From: Hyphomonadaceae bacterium
GTDB lineage: Bacteria; Pseudomonadota; Alphaproteobacteria; Caulobacterales; Aquidulcibacteraceae
Length of the DNA stretch: 64,000 bases
Direction: 5' to 3'
Assembly: GCA_041917055.1 (NCBI GenBank)
Contig: JAYRYJ010000003.1
Location: 153,959-217,958 of the forward strand
Shown here: positions 20,746 through 31,093 of the stretch, in pieces
Layout: each line of letters begins with the position of its first letter
Numbering within the stretch: position 1 is the stretch's first letter
The notes under the pieces: generated by a model
The model's database searches: none
What the model was told of the DNA's origin: nothing
The model's input: the letters and a program-made list of their open reading frames with translations, nothing else
Made by a program: the position numbers and the translations under genes

Positions 20746-21243
20746 CTAGCGTATTGATAGCATAGTCTCCGTTTCAAAATCAGGCGCACCCTGTTTTACG
20801 GCTTTGGCTTTAAAATCCCACTTTCCGGGGCCAAGTTTTTGAACATGGGCTGTGTATTCGCCAGGCTTAGTTTCATTGAATGCAAGTTGCATGTCTTCTT
20901 TATTATCGACAGTGCGACCGACCATTCCGGTCATATTTGCGCCTGTTACAGGCTTTTTATCTTTGTCGGTAAGGCTGGCAATGAATAAAGCGTCGCCGCC
21001 CGCACCCCTCTGCATTCCCAATTCCATTTGCCAACCCAAAGCCGATTGCTTGTGGCGTGCGTCAATCTTTTCATTGAATTTCAAACCTTCAACATAGGCA
21101 TGGCCATATTCACCGGGCGCGGTTGTAATCGCTTTATAGGCAAAAAAGACATTTACCGAAATGATTACCCCGAACATTGCCAATAGCACAAAAAGCACAT
21201 GCCAACCTGTCCAAGGTTTTTGAGTTTTCTTAGTTTGTTCCAT
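20746..21243 (-). CDS. ccoH: CcoH/FixH cbb3 oxidase assembly protein
   Basis: 165 aa, single N-terminal TM (WTGWHVLFVLLAMFGVIISVNVFF). Position between ccoG and ccoI. Confidence 0.7.
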   Translation of the reverse strand: MEQTKKTQKPWTGWHVLFVLLAMFGVIISVNVFFAYKAITTAPGEYGHAYVEGLKFNEKIDARHKQSALGWQMELGMQRGAGGDALFIASLTDKDKKPVTGANMTGMVGRTVDNKEDMQLAFNETKPGEYTAHVQKLGPGKWDFKAKAVKQGAPDFETETMLSIR

Positions 21244-21257
21244 GGATTGAGATTAAC

Positions 21258-22781
21258 CTATTCCATACCGGTAATAAAGACCGACTTTTGAATTGCTTTC
21301 TGATTCTTTTCAGAATCATTCACAATAACCCGCACTTTAATCGATTTTGCTTTCTGTTTAGCAGGATCGGCAACCACAAAAACACGCGATTGCGAAACTT
21401 TGTTCGGTTCGGTTTGAAGGATTAATTTATTATCCTTAATTGTTCCGGTTTCAGAACTTAGAACGCCGCCATTAATACCATCGATTTCGATTGTGACATG
21501 GCGTGTCTTACCCGCCATATTTAGGACCTTGATTGTGTAAGCATTGCGAATATTGCCGTCGTCAAGGGTAACAAACAATGGTGCACGGTCGCGAATTACA
21601 TTCACATCCATAGTCTTGCGACTTAAAAGGCCATAGGCCATCAAAGCGCTTACGGCGAAGAAGATTACGCCATAAAAAATTGTCCGACCGCGAATAAATT
21701 TGAATTTATTGCCCAAGCCTTGTTGGCGACGTTTGATATTATCTTCGGTATCGAAAGCCACTAGCGATTTCGGGCGACCCAATTTGACCATGATTTCATC
21801 ACATGCATCAATACAAAGGCCGCAATTGATACATTCGATTTGAAAACCATCACGAATATCAATACCTGCCGGGCAAACTGCAACGCATTGACGGCAATCA
21901 ACACAATCGCCGCGCCCTTCCCATGATTGGCCTTTTTTATGCGGTCCACGCGGCTCACCGCGATCATAGCGATAGGTCACCGACATTGCATTATGGTCAA
22001 TCATTGCCGCCTGAATACGCGGCCACGGGCACATGAATGTGCAAACCTGTTCACGCGATGTGCCCGCAAGCAAATAAGTGGTTGCAGTGAGGGACAGAGC
22101 GAAGACATAAGAAGAAAGCGGCGCTTTTCCGGTCAAAAATCCGCCCAAAACTTCATAGGCGTCATTGAAATACATTACGAACCAACCGCCGGTGAATAAT
22201 GAAATCAAAAGCCAAACAATATGCTTGCCGATTTTGCGCCAGGCTTTGTCAAATGACCATGGTGCTTTATCAAGTCTTATTCTTTGGTTTCTGTCACCCT
22301 CAAAAAGGCGTTCGACATAAATGAATAAATCAGTCCAAACCGTTTGTGGACAGGCATAACCGCACCAAATCCGCCCGAATAAAGATGTCGCAAGGAAAAG
22401 ACCGACACCTGCCAAAACCAATAGACCAGTTATGTAATAAACTTCTTGTGGCCAAATTTCGATTGGCCCGAAATAGAATCTGCGACCCTCAAAATCCGCT
22501 AATACAAATTGATCGGATGCCGAACCAACGCGCGGCCAACGCAAAAGTGGCGCAATGTAATAGACCGCTAAAAGGGCGACTAAGGCCAACCATTTTATGG
22601 TGCGCCATTTGCCGTGAATAATCTTCGGGTAGATTTGTTGGCGCGCATTATACATTTGGCGTTCTGCCGCCGAATTTACGGCTTTTACATCATAACGCAT
22701 GACCCCATCGGCGGCCTGGGTTTTTGCGATTTCCGCGTCGCTTTGTTCATATTGTTGCGAATCTTGCTTTTTTTCCGACAT
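21258..22781 (-). CDS. ccoG: CcoG/FixG 4Fe-4S ferredoxin-type membrane protein
   Basis: CTFMCPWPRIQ, CVDCRQCVAVCP and CINCGLCIDAC cysteine clusters. 507 aa with TM helices. Confidence 0.85.
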   Translation of the reverse strand: MSEKKQDSQQYEQSDAEIAKTQAADGVMRYDVKAVNSAAERQMYNARQQIYPKIIHGKWRTIKWLALVALLAVYYIAPLLRWPRVGSASDQFVLADFEGRRFYFGPIEIWPQEVYYITGLLVLAGVGLFLATSLFGRIWCGYACPQTVWTDLFIYVERLFEGDRNQRIRLDKAPWSFDKAWRKIGKHIVWLLISLFTGGWFVMYFNDAYEVLGGFLTGKAPLSSYVFALSLTATTYLLAGTSREQVCTFMCPWPRIQAAMIDHNAMSVTYRYDRGEPRGPHKKGQSWEGRGDCVDCRQCVAVCPAGIDIRDGFQIECINCGLCIDACDEIMVKLGRPKSLVAFDTEDNIKRRQQGLGNKFKFIRGRTIFYGVIFFAVSALMAYGLLSRKTMDVNVIRDRAPLFVTLDDGNIRNAYTIKVLNMAGKTRHVTIEIDGINGGVLSSETGTIKDNKLILQTEPNKVSQSRVFVVADPAKQKAKSIKVRVIVNDSEKNQKAIQKSVFITGME

Positions 22782-22907
22782 AATTATTCCAATCTAGCGC
22801 GCTTATAAGCTATCTTGAATATATAGCAAATGGACAGTTTGACGCAATTAGAAAAGGCGACGAAATCAATCGCCGCCCTTCCTAAATTCGTATTTAGCAA
22901 TTCGAAA

Positions 22908-23792
22908 TTATTTGCCGCCACCCAAAGAGTGAACATAAACAGTCATTGCAGCAATGGTTTCCGGTGAAAGTTTGCCGCTCCAAGCAGGCATTACGTTTCC
23001 ATTACCATTATGGATTTGATTGTGAATCGCTTCACGTGTACCACCATACAAATATTCTTTATCTGTAAGGTTAGGCGCACCTTGAAGTGGGTCACCGGTT
23101 CCATCAGCTTTGTGGCAGCTTGCGCATTGTTCTTGGAACAATGTAGCAGCACCTGCAGCTTTTGCAGCATCAGCACCGTCAAGTTTTGACAAAGTCATAA
23201 CATATTCGGTCAATCCACCAACTTGGTCAGCACTCAAAAGGCCGTCTTTGCCAAAGCCAGGCATCGCACTTAAACGAGCTTGCTCGTGGCCAGAACGAAT
23301 ACCATAATTAATGGTTTGGCGAATGCCTTCATAGGTACCGTCCCAAAGCCAAACGTTATCAGCTAAAGAAGGATAACCTTTTGCACCCTGACCGCCTGCG
23401 CCGTGGCAGGTTGCACAATTGTCACCAAATGCCGAACGACCGGCCTCTGTGGCAAAGTTCAATAATTCAGGGTTATTTTTCACTTGGTCAATTGGAGTTG
23501 CCAAGAGTTTTTGAAACATTGGCGCGCGTGCAGCTTGCAGAGCTTTAACTTCTGCATCAACACGTACACGGTCAACTTTCACTTCGTCTGAGAATACCCC
23601 AAGACCCTTGGTATAAGAATTCCAAGTAGGCCAAGCAGGCATTACTACCCAGTATGCGATTGCCCAAACAATCGTTGCATACAATACATACAACCACCAG
23701 CGAGGAAGAGGGTGATCAAGCTCTTTAATTCCATCCCACTCGTGACCGGTGGTTTCAACACCGGAGTGGTCGTCCAATTCGCGTTTTGCCAT
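22908..23792 (-). CDS. ccoP: cbb3-type cytochrome c oxidase subunit III (dihaem c) CcoP
   Basis: Two CxxCH (CATCHGAGG, CASCHKADG), N-terminal TM. Confidence 0.9.
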   Translation of the reverse strand: MAKRELDDHSGVETTGHEWDGIKELDHPLPRWWLYVLYATIVWAIAYWVVMPAWPTWNSYTKGLGVFSDEVKVDRVRVDAEVKALQAARAPMFQKLLATPIDQVKNNPELLNFATEAGRSAFGDNCATCHGAGGQGAKGYPSLADNVWLWDGTYEGIRQTINYGIRSGHEQARLSAMPGFGKDGLLSADQVGGLTEYVMTLSKLDGADAAKAAGAATLFQEQCASCHKADGTGDPLQGAPNLTDKEYLYGGTREAIHNQIHNGNGNVMPAWSGKLSPETIAAMTVYVHSLGGGK

Positions 23793-23794
23793 AT

Positions 23795-23974
23795 CTAATT
23801 CTCCACGTGAACAGGGGCATCATCATTAGTTTTATCAAGAGGCATAGACGCCATCTCGTCAAACTTCGCTTTGTTTTTCGGCCAGAAAGCGTAGGCGCAA
23901 ACCGCAATAAACAGGATTGCAAAATACACGCTTCCGCTTGTCTGGGCGAATTTGGCTAGGGCTTCATAAGTCAT
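23795..23974 (-). CDS. ccoQ: cbb3 oxidase subunit CcoQ (59 aa). Not in ORF track
   Basis: Manual translation: MTYEALAKFAQTSGSVYFAILFIAVCAYAFWPKNKAKFDEMASMPLDKTNDDAPVHVEN. Single TM. Lies between ccoO and ccoP. Confidence 0.6.
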   Translation of the reverse strand: MTYEALAKFAQTSGSVYFAILFIAVCAYAFWPKNKAKFDEMASMPLDKTNDDAPVHVEN

Positions 23975-23984
23975 GCCCTATCCC

Positions 23985-24725
23985 TTACCTGATATTATCT
24001 GCTTTTTTGGGTTCATAAGTTGAGAAATCAACCATGGTTCCCAAAACTTGAAGATAAGCAACCAATGCGTCCAATTCAGTGACTTTGGTGGCGTCGCCGT
24101 CGAAGTCACGAATATTGACTTTGCCGCCGTAACGAGCGTTCAAGTCACCGGCATCAGCAGCAGGATCGGCTTGCGCCATTAAATCCTGTGAAGCCATTTC
24201 AACGTCTTTGTCGGAATAAGGAACGCCGACAACACGATTAGCTTTCAAATGCTCAGCTGTATATTTTGGATCGATTACTTTCTTCGCAAGGAAAGCATAC
24301 GGAGGCATAATGGATTCCGGAACAACTGAACGTGGGTCAGTCAAATGGCTGACGTGCCAGTTATCAGAATATTTGCCGCCAACACGCGCAAGATCAGGAC
24401 CAATACGTTTTGAACCCCATTGGAACGGATGGTCATACATTGACTCTGCAGCCAATGAATAATGACCATAACGCTCAACTTCGTCACGAAGAGATCTAAT
24501 CATTTGCGAGTGACAGGTATAGCAACCTTCACGAATATAGACGTTTCTACCAACCAATTCCAAAGGTGTGTAAGGGCGAACCCCGTCAACTTTCTCAATG
24601 GTTGATTCAATTTTGAACAATGGTGCAATTTGAACCAAACCGCCCCAAATTACCGCACCCACGATACCGAGTGCCAAAATCCAAGAGTTTTTCTCAAAGA
24701 CTGCGTGATTTTTCATTAAACTCAT
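23985..24725 (-). CDS. ccoO: cbb3-type cytochrome c oxidase subunit II (monohaem c) CcoO
   Basis: [10 protein letters not shown] haem site, N-terminal TM. 246 aa. Confidence 0.9.
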   Translation of the reverse strand: MSLMKNHAVFEKNSWILALGIVGAVIWGGLVQIAPLFKIESTIEKVDGVRPYTPLELVGRNVYIREGCYTCHSQMIRSLRDEVERYGHYSLAAESMYDHPFQWGSKRIGPDLARVGGKYSDNWHVSHLTDPRSVVPESIMPPYAFLAKKVIDPKYTAEHLKANRVVGVPYSDKDVEMASQDLMAQADPAADAGDLNARYGGKVNIRDFDGDATKVTELDALVAYLQVLGTMVDFSTYEPKKADNIR

Positions 24726-24737
24726 CTTAGCCTCCTC

Positions 24738-26402
24738 TTAGCCTTCAGCAGTTTCAGCAAGTGGTTCTTTGGCGGATACATCACCTTTTGCAGTGCGCCA
24801 TAGGTTATAAGCCATAACCACAGCACCCGAAGTGAATAGCAAGCCACCCAAAGCACGGATGATATAATAAGGTTTCATTGCTTTAACTGTCTCAACGAAA
24901 GAATATTGCAAGAAGCCCAATTCATTATAAGCGCGCCACATAAGACCCTGCATGATACCTGATACCCACATAGAAGTGATGTAGAAAAGGATACCAATAG
25001 TAGATAGCCAGAAGTGTGCCTCAACAAGTTTCATCGAATACAAACGTTCACGACGCCACAACCAAGGTGTTACGCAATACAATGCACCGAAAGAAACCAT
25101 ACCAACCCAGCCCAAAGCGCCGGAGTGAACGTGACCAACAGTCCAGTCAGTGTAGTGTGACAAAGAGTTCACCGCACGAATTGACATTGCAGGGCCTTCG
25201 AAAGTTGACATACCATAGAATGCAACCGATGCGACAAGCATACGAAGAACCGGGTCTGTGCGAAGTTTATCCCATGCACCGGACAAAGTCATAAGACCGT
25301 TAATCATACCACCCCAAGAAGGCATCCAAAGGATGATTGAGAAAGTCATACCCAAGGTCTGAACCCATTGTGGCAATGCAGTATAGTGCAAGTGGTGAGG
25401 ACCGGCCCACATATAAGTGAAAATCAAAGCCCAGAAGTGGATGATTGACAATTGATATGAATAGACAGGACGTTCAGCACGTTTAGGAACGAAATAATAC
25501 ATAATGCCAAGGAAGGCTGCAGTTAGGAAGAAACCAACCGCATTGTGACCATACCACCATTGTGTCATTGCGTTCTGCACACCTGCGAATGCAGAATATG
25601 CTTTTGAAGACCAAGGCGAAGCAGGCCATGCCATATTATTGACAAGGTGCAAAATCGCAACGGTAATCAAGAATGCAAGATAGAACCAGTTAGCAACATA
25701 AATGTGCTGTTCTTTGCGTTTCCAAAGTGTGCCGATAAAGACCACCAAATAAGCAACCCAAACAATGGTCAACCAAATGTCAACAACCCAGTTTGGCTCT
25801 GCATATTCTTGGCCCGAAGTTACGCCGAAAACATAACCGGTCGCAGCAGTAACGATTACAAGATTATAACCCCAGAAAACAAACCAAGGCAAAATCCCGC
25901 CGAACAAACGTGTGCGGCAAGTACGTTGCACAACATAAAAAGCGGTTAGAATAAGAATATTACCACCGAATGCAAAAATCACACCCGAAGTGTGAATTGG
26001 ACGCAAACGACCAAAATTCAAAAATCCAAGCTCTTTAAAATACAAAAATTCCGGAAAAGCTAATTGGGAGGCGATAATAACACCAACCAACATACCAACC
26101 ACGCCCCAGAATGAAGACGCGATAACACCCGCTTTAAGAACCCCGTCCATATAGACAGAATCATCATTCGCGAGTTTCCCTTTTGAACCGGCAAAAGTAA
26201 TGGCAAAAATGCCAAGAGCGAAAGCCAGCATAAAAATATAGGCCAAAACCGTCATTCCCAAATCATGGGAGAATGCGGCGGCGCTAATCGACCATAAAAG
26301 CCCCAAAACGCAAATCACAGAGACAACTAATATGTCAATGCGAGAGCCGGGCTTACCAAAGCCTTTCAACTGCAATGGTGCAGAAGCCGTAGCATCAGTC
26401 AT
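24738..26402 (-). CDS. ccoN: cbb3-type cytochrome c oxidase subunit I CcoN
   Basis: 12-TM haem-copper oxidase. Start set to ATG 26402 ([11 protein letters not shown]...) with AGAGGGGTGG RBS. The ORF-track N-terminal extension to 26606 is rejected. Confidence 0.9.
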   Translation of the reverse strand: MTDATASAPLQLKGFGKPGSRIDILVVSVICVLGLLWSISAAAFSHDLGMTVLAYIFMLAFALGIFAITFAGSKGKLANDDSVYMDGVLKAGVIASSFWGVVGMLVGVIIASQLAFPEFLYFKELGFLNFGRLRPIHTSGVIFAFGGNILILTAFYVVQRTCRTRLFGGILPWFVFWGYNLVIVTAATGYVFGVTSGQEYAEPNWVVDIWLTIVWVAYLVVFIGTLWKRKEQHIYVANWFYLAFLITVAILHLVNNMAWPASPWSSKAYSAFAGVQNAMTQWWYGHNAVGFFLTAAFLGIMYYFVPKRAERPVYSYQLSIIHFWALIFTYMWAGPHHLHYTALPQWVQTLGMTFSIILWMPSWGGMINGLMTLSGAWDKLRTDPVLRMLVASVAFYGMSTFEGPAMSIRAVNSLSHYTDWTVGHVHSGALGWVGMVSFGALYCVTPWLWRRERLYSMKLVEAHFWLSTIGILFYITSMWVSGIMQGLMWRAYNELGFLQYSFVETVKAMKPYYIIRALGGLLFTSGAVVMAYNLWRTAKGDVSAKEPLAETAEG

Positions 26403-26873
26403 CGAACCACCCCTCTTAAAAATGTCATTATTGCCAAAAAAGCAAACGGACATCAAGTTTCTTCGAACGTTCCACCCCCAATGGATAGAAAGCACTTCCC
26501 AATGAACGTTTTTTAATGCTTTGCGAACATGACTTAATGTCGCATAGGTGCGCAGATGCATTTCAACTGGACATTTTGTCCACCCTTTTGGGCAAAGATA
26601 GACCAAAGTTTATGCCGCGAAAATAATTCAGAATCAAAAATACAACAAGAAATCCACCGCGAGGATTTTAAAGGTCACAAGATCGGCGCATAGGAATTGC
26701 TTGAGCAACGAGAATCGAAGTTCAAAAGCCTTGCCCCACCCCAAAAAAGCCGACGAAAACCAAATCTTCCGAATGGGGCAATTTAATTTGTGTTATGCCC
26801 GCATTTTCGTTTTAAGGATGCAATAACAGGTGGTAAAAATGGTGGGTGTTTAATAAAGAATGATAGGTGTTAA

Positions 26874-27245
26874 ATGTTTAAAACGAGACGCGAGCTTTTT
26901 GAAGATACAATGAAGCGCTGGCCCGAAAGCGTTGTGATTTCGGAGGAGCAGCCGCGTATCAAACATTGCGTTTTCACAGAGCCGAGCACGAATGAGATTT
27001 ATTGGGAAATTGAAAAATCTATAGATATAAATGATAATTGGCGGCAGGTTTCAACTTGGTCTTTTCATCAGGCTGTGGATGTATTGGGTCGTCGGCTGTA
27101 TAAAAAGGGTGAACGTGTCCTCAAATTTAAGGATGTTTCATTTAAGTCGTTCAACTCAAAGATGTTAGGGAATATGAAAGAGGATGCTCCCATAGATTAT
27201 TGGAAAGAAGAGCGGGAGATTTATCTTCAATTGCCTCTTGGTTGA
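26874..27245 (+). CDS. Hypothetical small protein at the left edge of the RHS cassette array (possible orphan immunity protein)
   Basis: 123-aa ORF, no recognisable motifs. Located immediately upstream of the first cassette leader element. Confidence 0.3.
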   Translation: MFKTRRELFEDTMKRWPESVVISEEQPRIKHCVFTEPSTNEIYWEIEKSIDINDNWRQVSTWSFHQAVDVLGRRLYKKGERVLKFKDVSFKSFNSKMLGNMKEDAPIDYWKEEREIYLQLPLG

Positions 27246-27263
27246 CAATTTATGCAGCAACTT

Positions 27264-27421
27264 ATCAATTACCTAAATTACTTGGGCGGCTCAATTTCTA
27301 CTACTGCTAATGCGTCGCATTCGCGGCCCTCCTTCTCTGCCCGCCACCCAATTCCCCGCTTGCCATTACCCTAAATTGTGTTAGCTTTTGATATGGGTTG
27401 TTTGGCTTTTGAGATTGGGGG
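27264..27421 (+). repeat. Cassette leader element E1 (conserved ~160-bp element preceding an RHS orphan module)
   Basis: ATCAATTACCTAAATTA...GCTAATGCGTCGCATTCGCGG...CCAATTCCCCGCTTGCCATTACCCTAAATTGTGTTAGCTTTTGATATGGGTTGTTTGGCTTTTGAG. Same element at five more sites. Confidence 0.8.
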
Positions 27422-28373
27422 ATTTTTGCCGATTGCGGCGAATGATAATTCATCGGGCGCAACCCTAAGAAAATACGTCCATTCCACGCGTGACGACGAC
27501 CCACAGGTTTGGCTTGAGGGGGTTGGAAACTCTGATATTCGCTATGTTTACGCCAATTATCAAGGCAGCGTGGTTGCCACAACAAATGCCGCCGGAAGCA
27601 CAGTCCAACAATACAAATACGACCCCTACGGCATTCCAAAAGACGCGAGCAATAATGATTCATGGTCGGGCTTTAGATTTCGCTACACAGGCCAACAAAT
27701 CCTCCCCGAAGCCAAGCTATACTACTACAAAGCCAGAGTTTACGACCCCAACCTAGGCACATTCCTACAAACCGACCCAATTGGAACGAAGGATGATTTG
27801 AATCTTTATGCTTATGTGAAAGCGGATCCTGTAAATTTAGTCGATTCAACGGGAACGAAGGTCGTGATTGTTGGAAATCAACGGGCAGCGTTTGTGGCTA
27901 TCCGGATGGCTATGCGTTCTCCCACTTTTGCCGAAAGATACTCTTTTCTCCAATCACATGATGACACATTGACTATCAATGCGTTAAACGGTGTGAAGTC
28001 GTAATATGACCAATTTGCAAAGGAGGCGACATTTGGCACTGATCATGGGATTCAGCTAGGCGATGATGGCGTACTTCCACCATTTGCACAACTTATTCAT
28101 GAAGTAGGAGAGCATGCATTCAATGATTTCAGTGACCACAACAAGTTTTTGACAGATATGGCAACTGGCACGGATGGACTACCTATGAGCTCATCAATAC
28201 AGTATGAAGACGGAACAATTGTTGCAACTCGAAGGAGGGGCGTTACTTCTGTTGAAGAAGAAAATGCAACACAAGGAACCGATGAAATGTTACAGGAAAT
28301 AGGCGATTATCCGAGGCGAGGAGATTATCGGAACGGCACATATTATCAATGTAGGAACGCAATATCATGTTGA
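27378..28373 (+). pseudogene. RHS/YD-repeat orphan toxin module 1: RHS core 3' fragment plus C-terminal toxin domain interrupted by an in-frame TAA at 28002-28004
   Basis: RHS-associated core (RKYVHSTRDDDPQVWLEG...YYYKARVYDPNLGTFLQTDPIGTKDDLNLYAYVKADPVNLVDSTG). The same reading frame is open on both sides of the single stop (…NGVKS*YDQFAKEATFGTDHGIQLGDDGV…HEVGEHAFNDF…). Confidence 0.5.
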
Positions 28374-28837
28374 AGGCAAGTGCTTTAGCGGTGACGTTTA
28401 TTCTTTGCATGCTGCCCAAAGGTAGCCTACCAGAAAAGAAAACTTCTGAATTACTGGAATTATTTAGGACGACGAAAGTGCTTGAGGTTACTTATGCAAC
28501 CGATGTTCACTTGACACCGGTTGGCGACGTTCTCGCGGATAAACGTTTCGGAAAAATCCATTGTAAAAATAATTGTTACACAGACATTCCAGAAATTAAA
28601 GAAATTTTGGAAAAATCGCTAAAGGCGGCAAATAAATCCTGTGAAACAGAATACTCAGGTGGCGTCATTCGCCTTTACGACAATAAAATGAAAAAAATCA
28701 CGCATACAATAATAGTTGATGAGTGGCAGGTTTGTGCAGAAGTCGATGGCAAGGTTTTTATTATTGAACAAGGAATTATTCAACGCCTAAAGGCTGCGAT
28801 CAGGGAACGCGGCACTGTATACACTTTGCCACGATAG
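28367..28837 (+). CDS. Putative immunity protein for module 1
   Basis: 156 aa with N-terminal hydrophobic segment. Overlaps the end of the toxin reading frame by 7 nt, as is typical of toxin/immunity pairs. Confidence 0.4.
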   Translation: MLKASALAVTFILCMLPKGSLPEKKTSELLELFRTTKVLEVTYATDVHLTPVGDVLADKRFGKIHCKNNCYTDIPEIKEILEKSLKAANKSCETEYSGGVIRLYDNKMKKITHTIIVDEWQVCAEVDGKVFIIEQGIIQRLKAAIRERGTVYTLPR

Positions 28838-28882
28838 AGAATCTGACGTCACGTTAGATTTTTGACCTATTTGTGACACCAT

Positions 28883-29040
28883 ATCAATCACCTAAATAAT
28901 TTGCCTGCCTCATTTTTCCAATGCTGCTAATGCGTCGCATTCGTGGTACATCTGCTCCTCCCTCACTCAATCCCCGCTTGCCATTACCCTAAATTGTGTT
29001 AGCTTTTGATACGGGTTGTTTGGCTTTTGAGTTTGGGGAG
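28883..29040 (+). repeat. Cassette leader element E2
   Basis: About 90% identical to E1, including the palindrome AATGCGTCGCATT and the CCCTAAATTGTGTTAGCTTTTGATACGGGTTGTTTGGCTTTTGAG arm. Confidence 0.8.
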
Positions 29041-29949
29041 TTTTTGCCATTTGCGACGAATGATAATTCATCGGGCACAGTCATAAGAAAATACGTCCAT
29101 TCCACGCGTGACGACGACCCACAGGTTTGGCTTGAGGGGGTTGGAAATTCTGATATTCGGTATGTTTACGCCAATTATCAAGGCAGCGTGGTTGCCACAA
29201 CAAACGCCGCCGGAAGCACCGTCCAATTATACAAATACGACCCCTACGGCATTCCAAAAGACGCAAGCAATAATGATTCATGGCAAGGCTTCCGCTTCCG
29301 CTACACAGGCCAACAAATCCTCCCCGAAGCAAAACTCTATTACTACAAAGCCAGAGTTTACGACCCCAATCTAGGTATCTTCCTCCAAACCGACCCAATT
29401 GGCACGAAGGACGACTTGAATTTATATGCGTACGTGAAAGAAGACCCGATAAATCATTCTGATCCAGACGGAAATGGCAGAGTAAAACTTTTTGTTGAGA
29501 CAGTGAAAGGAATATGGAAACGAGTTATACAGAAACAAGCCGTCAATGCAAGGAAAGTCGGAAAAAACGTGGACGTAAAAGGGCCGAAAAGTAACAAAGT
29601 AAGCAAATCAGTCGAAGCAGAAGCGCAAGGAGGTAAAAATAAAGTGGCTAAGCACGATCCCCATGCAACATCTAAGGGCAAGGGAAACAAGCAACCTCAT
29701 TATCAGCCGTCAAAACGAGCGAGTGGTGATGCTGGAAAAGGTCACACTTTTTATGAATCTGCGATTGGGGTTGCCGCGACAGCCAGCGAAGTGGCGAGTG
29801 ACTTGCGTGATAATTTTACAATTGATACAGGTAGCCCCACACTTAACGGTGTTATCGATTTTGTTAATCCTGTGTCCGACGTTTCGGATTTACTTGATTT
29901 AGGGGCTGGAGCGATAACTTTTGGCGTAAACGCTGTGAAGGGCCAATAA
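28996..29949 (+). CDS. RHS/YD-repeat orphan toxin module 2 (RHS core 3' fragment plus Lys/Gly-rich C-terminal domain)
   Basis: The first ~150 aa are nearly identical to module 1 (…YYYKARVYDPNLGIFLQTDPIGTKDDLNLYAYVKEDPINHSDPDG). They are followed by an unrelated 165-aa C-terminal domain. Confidence 0.65.
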   Translation: MLAFDTGCLAFEFGEFLPFATNDNSSGTVIRKYVHSTRDDDPQVWLEGVGNSDIRYVYANYQGSVVATTNAAGSTVQLYKYDPYGIPKDASNNDSWQGFRFRYTGQQILPEAKLYYYKARVYDPNLGIFLQTDPIGTKDDLNLYAYVKEDPINHSDPDGNGRVKLFVETVKGIWKRVIQKQAVNARKVGKNVDVKGPKSNKVSKSVEAEAQGGKNKVAKHDPHATSKGKGNKQPHYQPSKRASGDAGKGHTFYESAIGVAATASEVASDLRDNFTIDTGSPTLNGVIDFVNPVSDVSDLLDLGAGAITFGVNAVKGQ

Positions 29950-30024
29950 ATGACTACTTTGCTTACGCAATTTAAAGTTGTATAGCGCAATATTTTCAGT
30001 AAAATTGATATATATCAAGAGATT

Positions 30025-30399
30025 ATGCCTAGCAAAATAGGCGTGCAAATTCCAGTTTTTGAGAAATCAGCGCCAAATCACGAATTAATTTGGGAAACTG
30101 TTAATTCTTTGACGCCATGTGATCCAAAGAGAATTAAGATAGGAAATAGTGTCGTTGAAAGAAATTTTGCGCACACTGTGAGTTGGGCAACAAATTGGTC
30201 TTTGACAGAAGCGGAATTGCTAAAAGATGAATGGGGCACGGAATCACGGTCGTTTCACACCAGCCTGGTTTTCCAGAAAGATACCTCTATGTGCGGACTC
30301 TTTGTCCATTTGAAAACTAAGGGTCTTCAAGGCTCTACCTCGTATGGTTTGAGAATTTGCCGCGTTGGAGATGATGATTACCTTTGTTGGGAATATTAA
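30025..30399 (+). CDS. Putative immunity protein for module 2
   Basis: 124-aa ORF directly downstream of the toxin C-terminal domain. No known motifs. Confidence 0.35.
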   Translation: MPSKIGVQIPVFEKSAPNHELIWETVNSLTPCDPKRIKIGNSVVERNFAHTVSWATNWSLTEAELLKDEWGTESRSFHTSLVFQKDTSMCGLFVHLKTKGLQGSTSYGLRICRVGDDDYLCWEY

Positions 30400-30451
30400 T
30401 TGTTTCGGATTTTGGGGATTTTGATTTCGGTGTTTATTTCGACGACCATTT

Positions 30452-30610
30452 ATCATTTACCTAAATTATTTGCATAGCTCGTCTTTCTATCTTGCTAATG
30501 CATCGCATCCGCGGCCTTTCTCCTCTGCCCCCCACCTAATTCCCCGTTTGTCAAAACCCTAAATTGTGTTAGCTTTTGATATGGGTTGTTTGGCTTTTGA
30601 GTTTGGGGGT
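30452..30610 (+). repeat. Cassette leader element E3 ('empty' copy, not followed by an RHS core)
   Basis: Carries the left arm, a degenerate palindrome (AATGCATCGCATC) and the right arm, then the alternative junction TTTGTGACGGGGCG shared with E6. Confidence 0.7.
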
Positions 30611-30748
30611 TTTGTGACGGGGCGTGAAGCGAATTGTATCGTTTTGACAAGAAAAACGGTTTTAATTCACATCATGTCCCCATTTTGGGGCATTCGCAAA
30701 TGTCAGCGCAAATGGGAAATTTAATCTTCCAAAATTGTATGATGCAGG

Positions 30749-31048
30749 ATGCAAATGAAGAAATACAACGCACTATTTTGGGTAATCTATCTTGTTTTAC
30801 GAATATTGCCAATTTACGGAATAATAATGGGGATATTCTTTCAGGAGCTTTTGTCTTTCTGGACAGTGTTCTTTCCAATCATTTTCATTGGAGCACCAGC
30901 AGTATTTTATGTTATGAGCCTTAAATGTAATAATTGTGGCAAGCATATTTATACAACCGATCACATTAATAATGTTAAGACAGGATTTCGCAAATTTCCG
31001 CCCGGAGTATACGCCGATTGTCCAGAGTGTCATGCACCGATTGAATAG
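30749..31048 (+). CDS. Small membrane protein with C-terminal CxxC…CxxC zinc ribbon
   Basis: TM helices (VIYLVLRILPIYGIIMGIFF…) and CNNCGKH…CPECHAP. Located after the empty element E3. Possible orphan immunity protein. Confidence 0.3.
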   Translation: MQMKKYNALFWVIYLVLRILPIYGIIMGIFFQELLSFWTVFFPIIFIGAPAVFYVMSLKCNNCGKHIYTTDHINNVKTGFRKFPPGVYADCPECHAPIE

Positions 31049-31093
31049 TTCGGTTCTGCCGCAGTTGCAAACGTTGCAATCTAGGAGTTCAAA

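Noticed and set aside
24738-26606. Long N-terminal extension of ccoN in the ORF track
   Set aside because: The sequence upstream of [11 protein letters not shown] is not CcoN-like, and a good RBS (AGAGGGGTGG) precedes ATG 26402. The extension is a read-through of the open frame
26403-26873. Searched for an FNR/FixK box (TTGAT-N4-ATCAA) upstream of ccoN
   Set aside because: No convincing match found by eye. A stem (TTGCCCCA…TGGGGCAA, ~26731-26785) is present but has a ~35-nt loop and no T-tract, so it is not a typical terminator either
27378-27395. Independent translation start for orphan cassettes from the leader ATG
   Set aside because: An in-frame ATG (27393) and GTG (27378) exist, but no Shine-Dalgarno sequence precedes them. 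Independent expression is therefore treated as unproven rather than annotated as a feature
27307-27663. Conserved antisense and alternate-frame ORFs inside the RHS core copies (27307..27663-, 29081..29398-, 33631..33942-, 27490..27756+, 29108..29374+)
   Set aside because: Their conservation follows from the near-identical nucleotide sequence of the RHS core copies. They are shadow ORFs of the RHS frame, not separate genes
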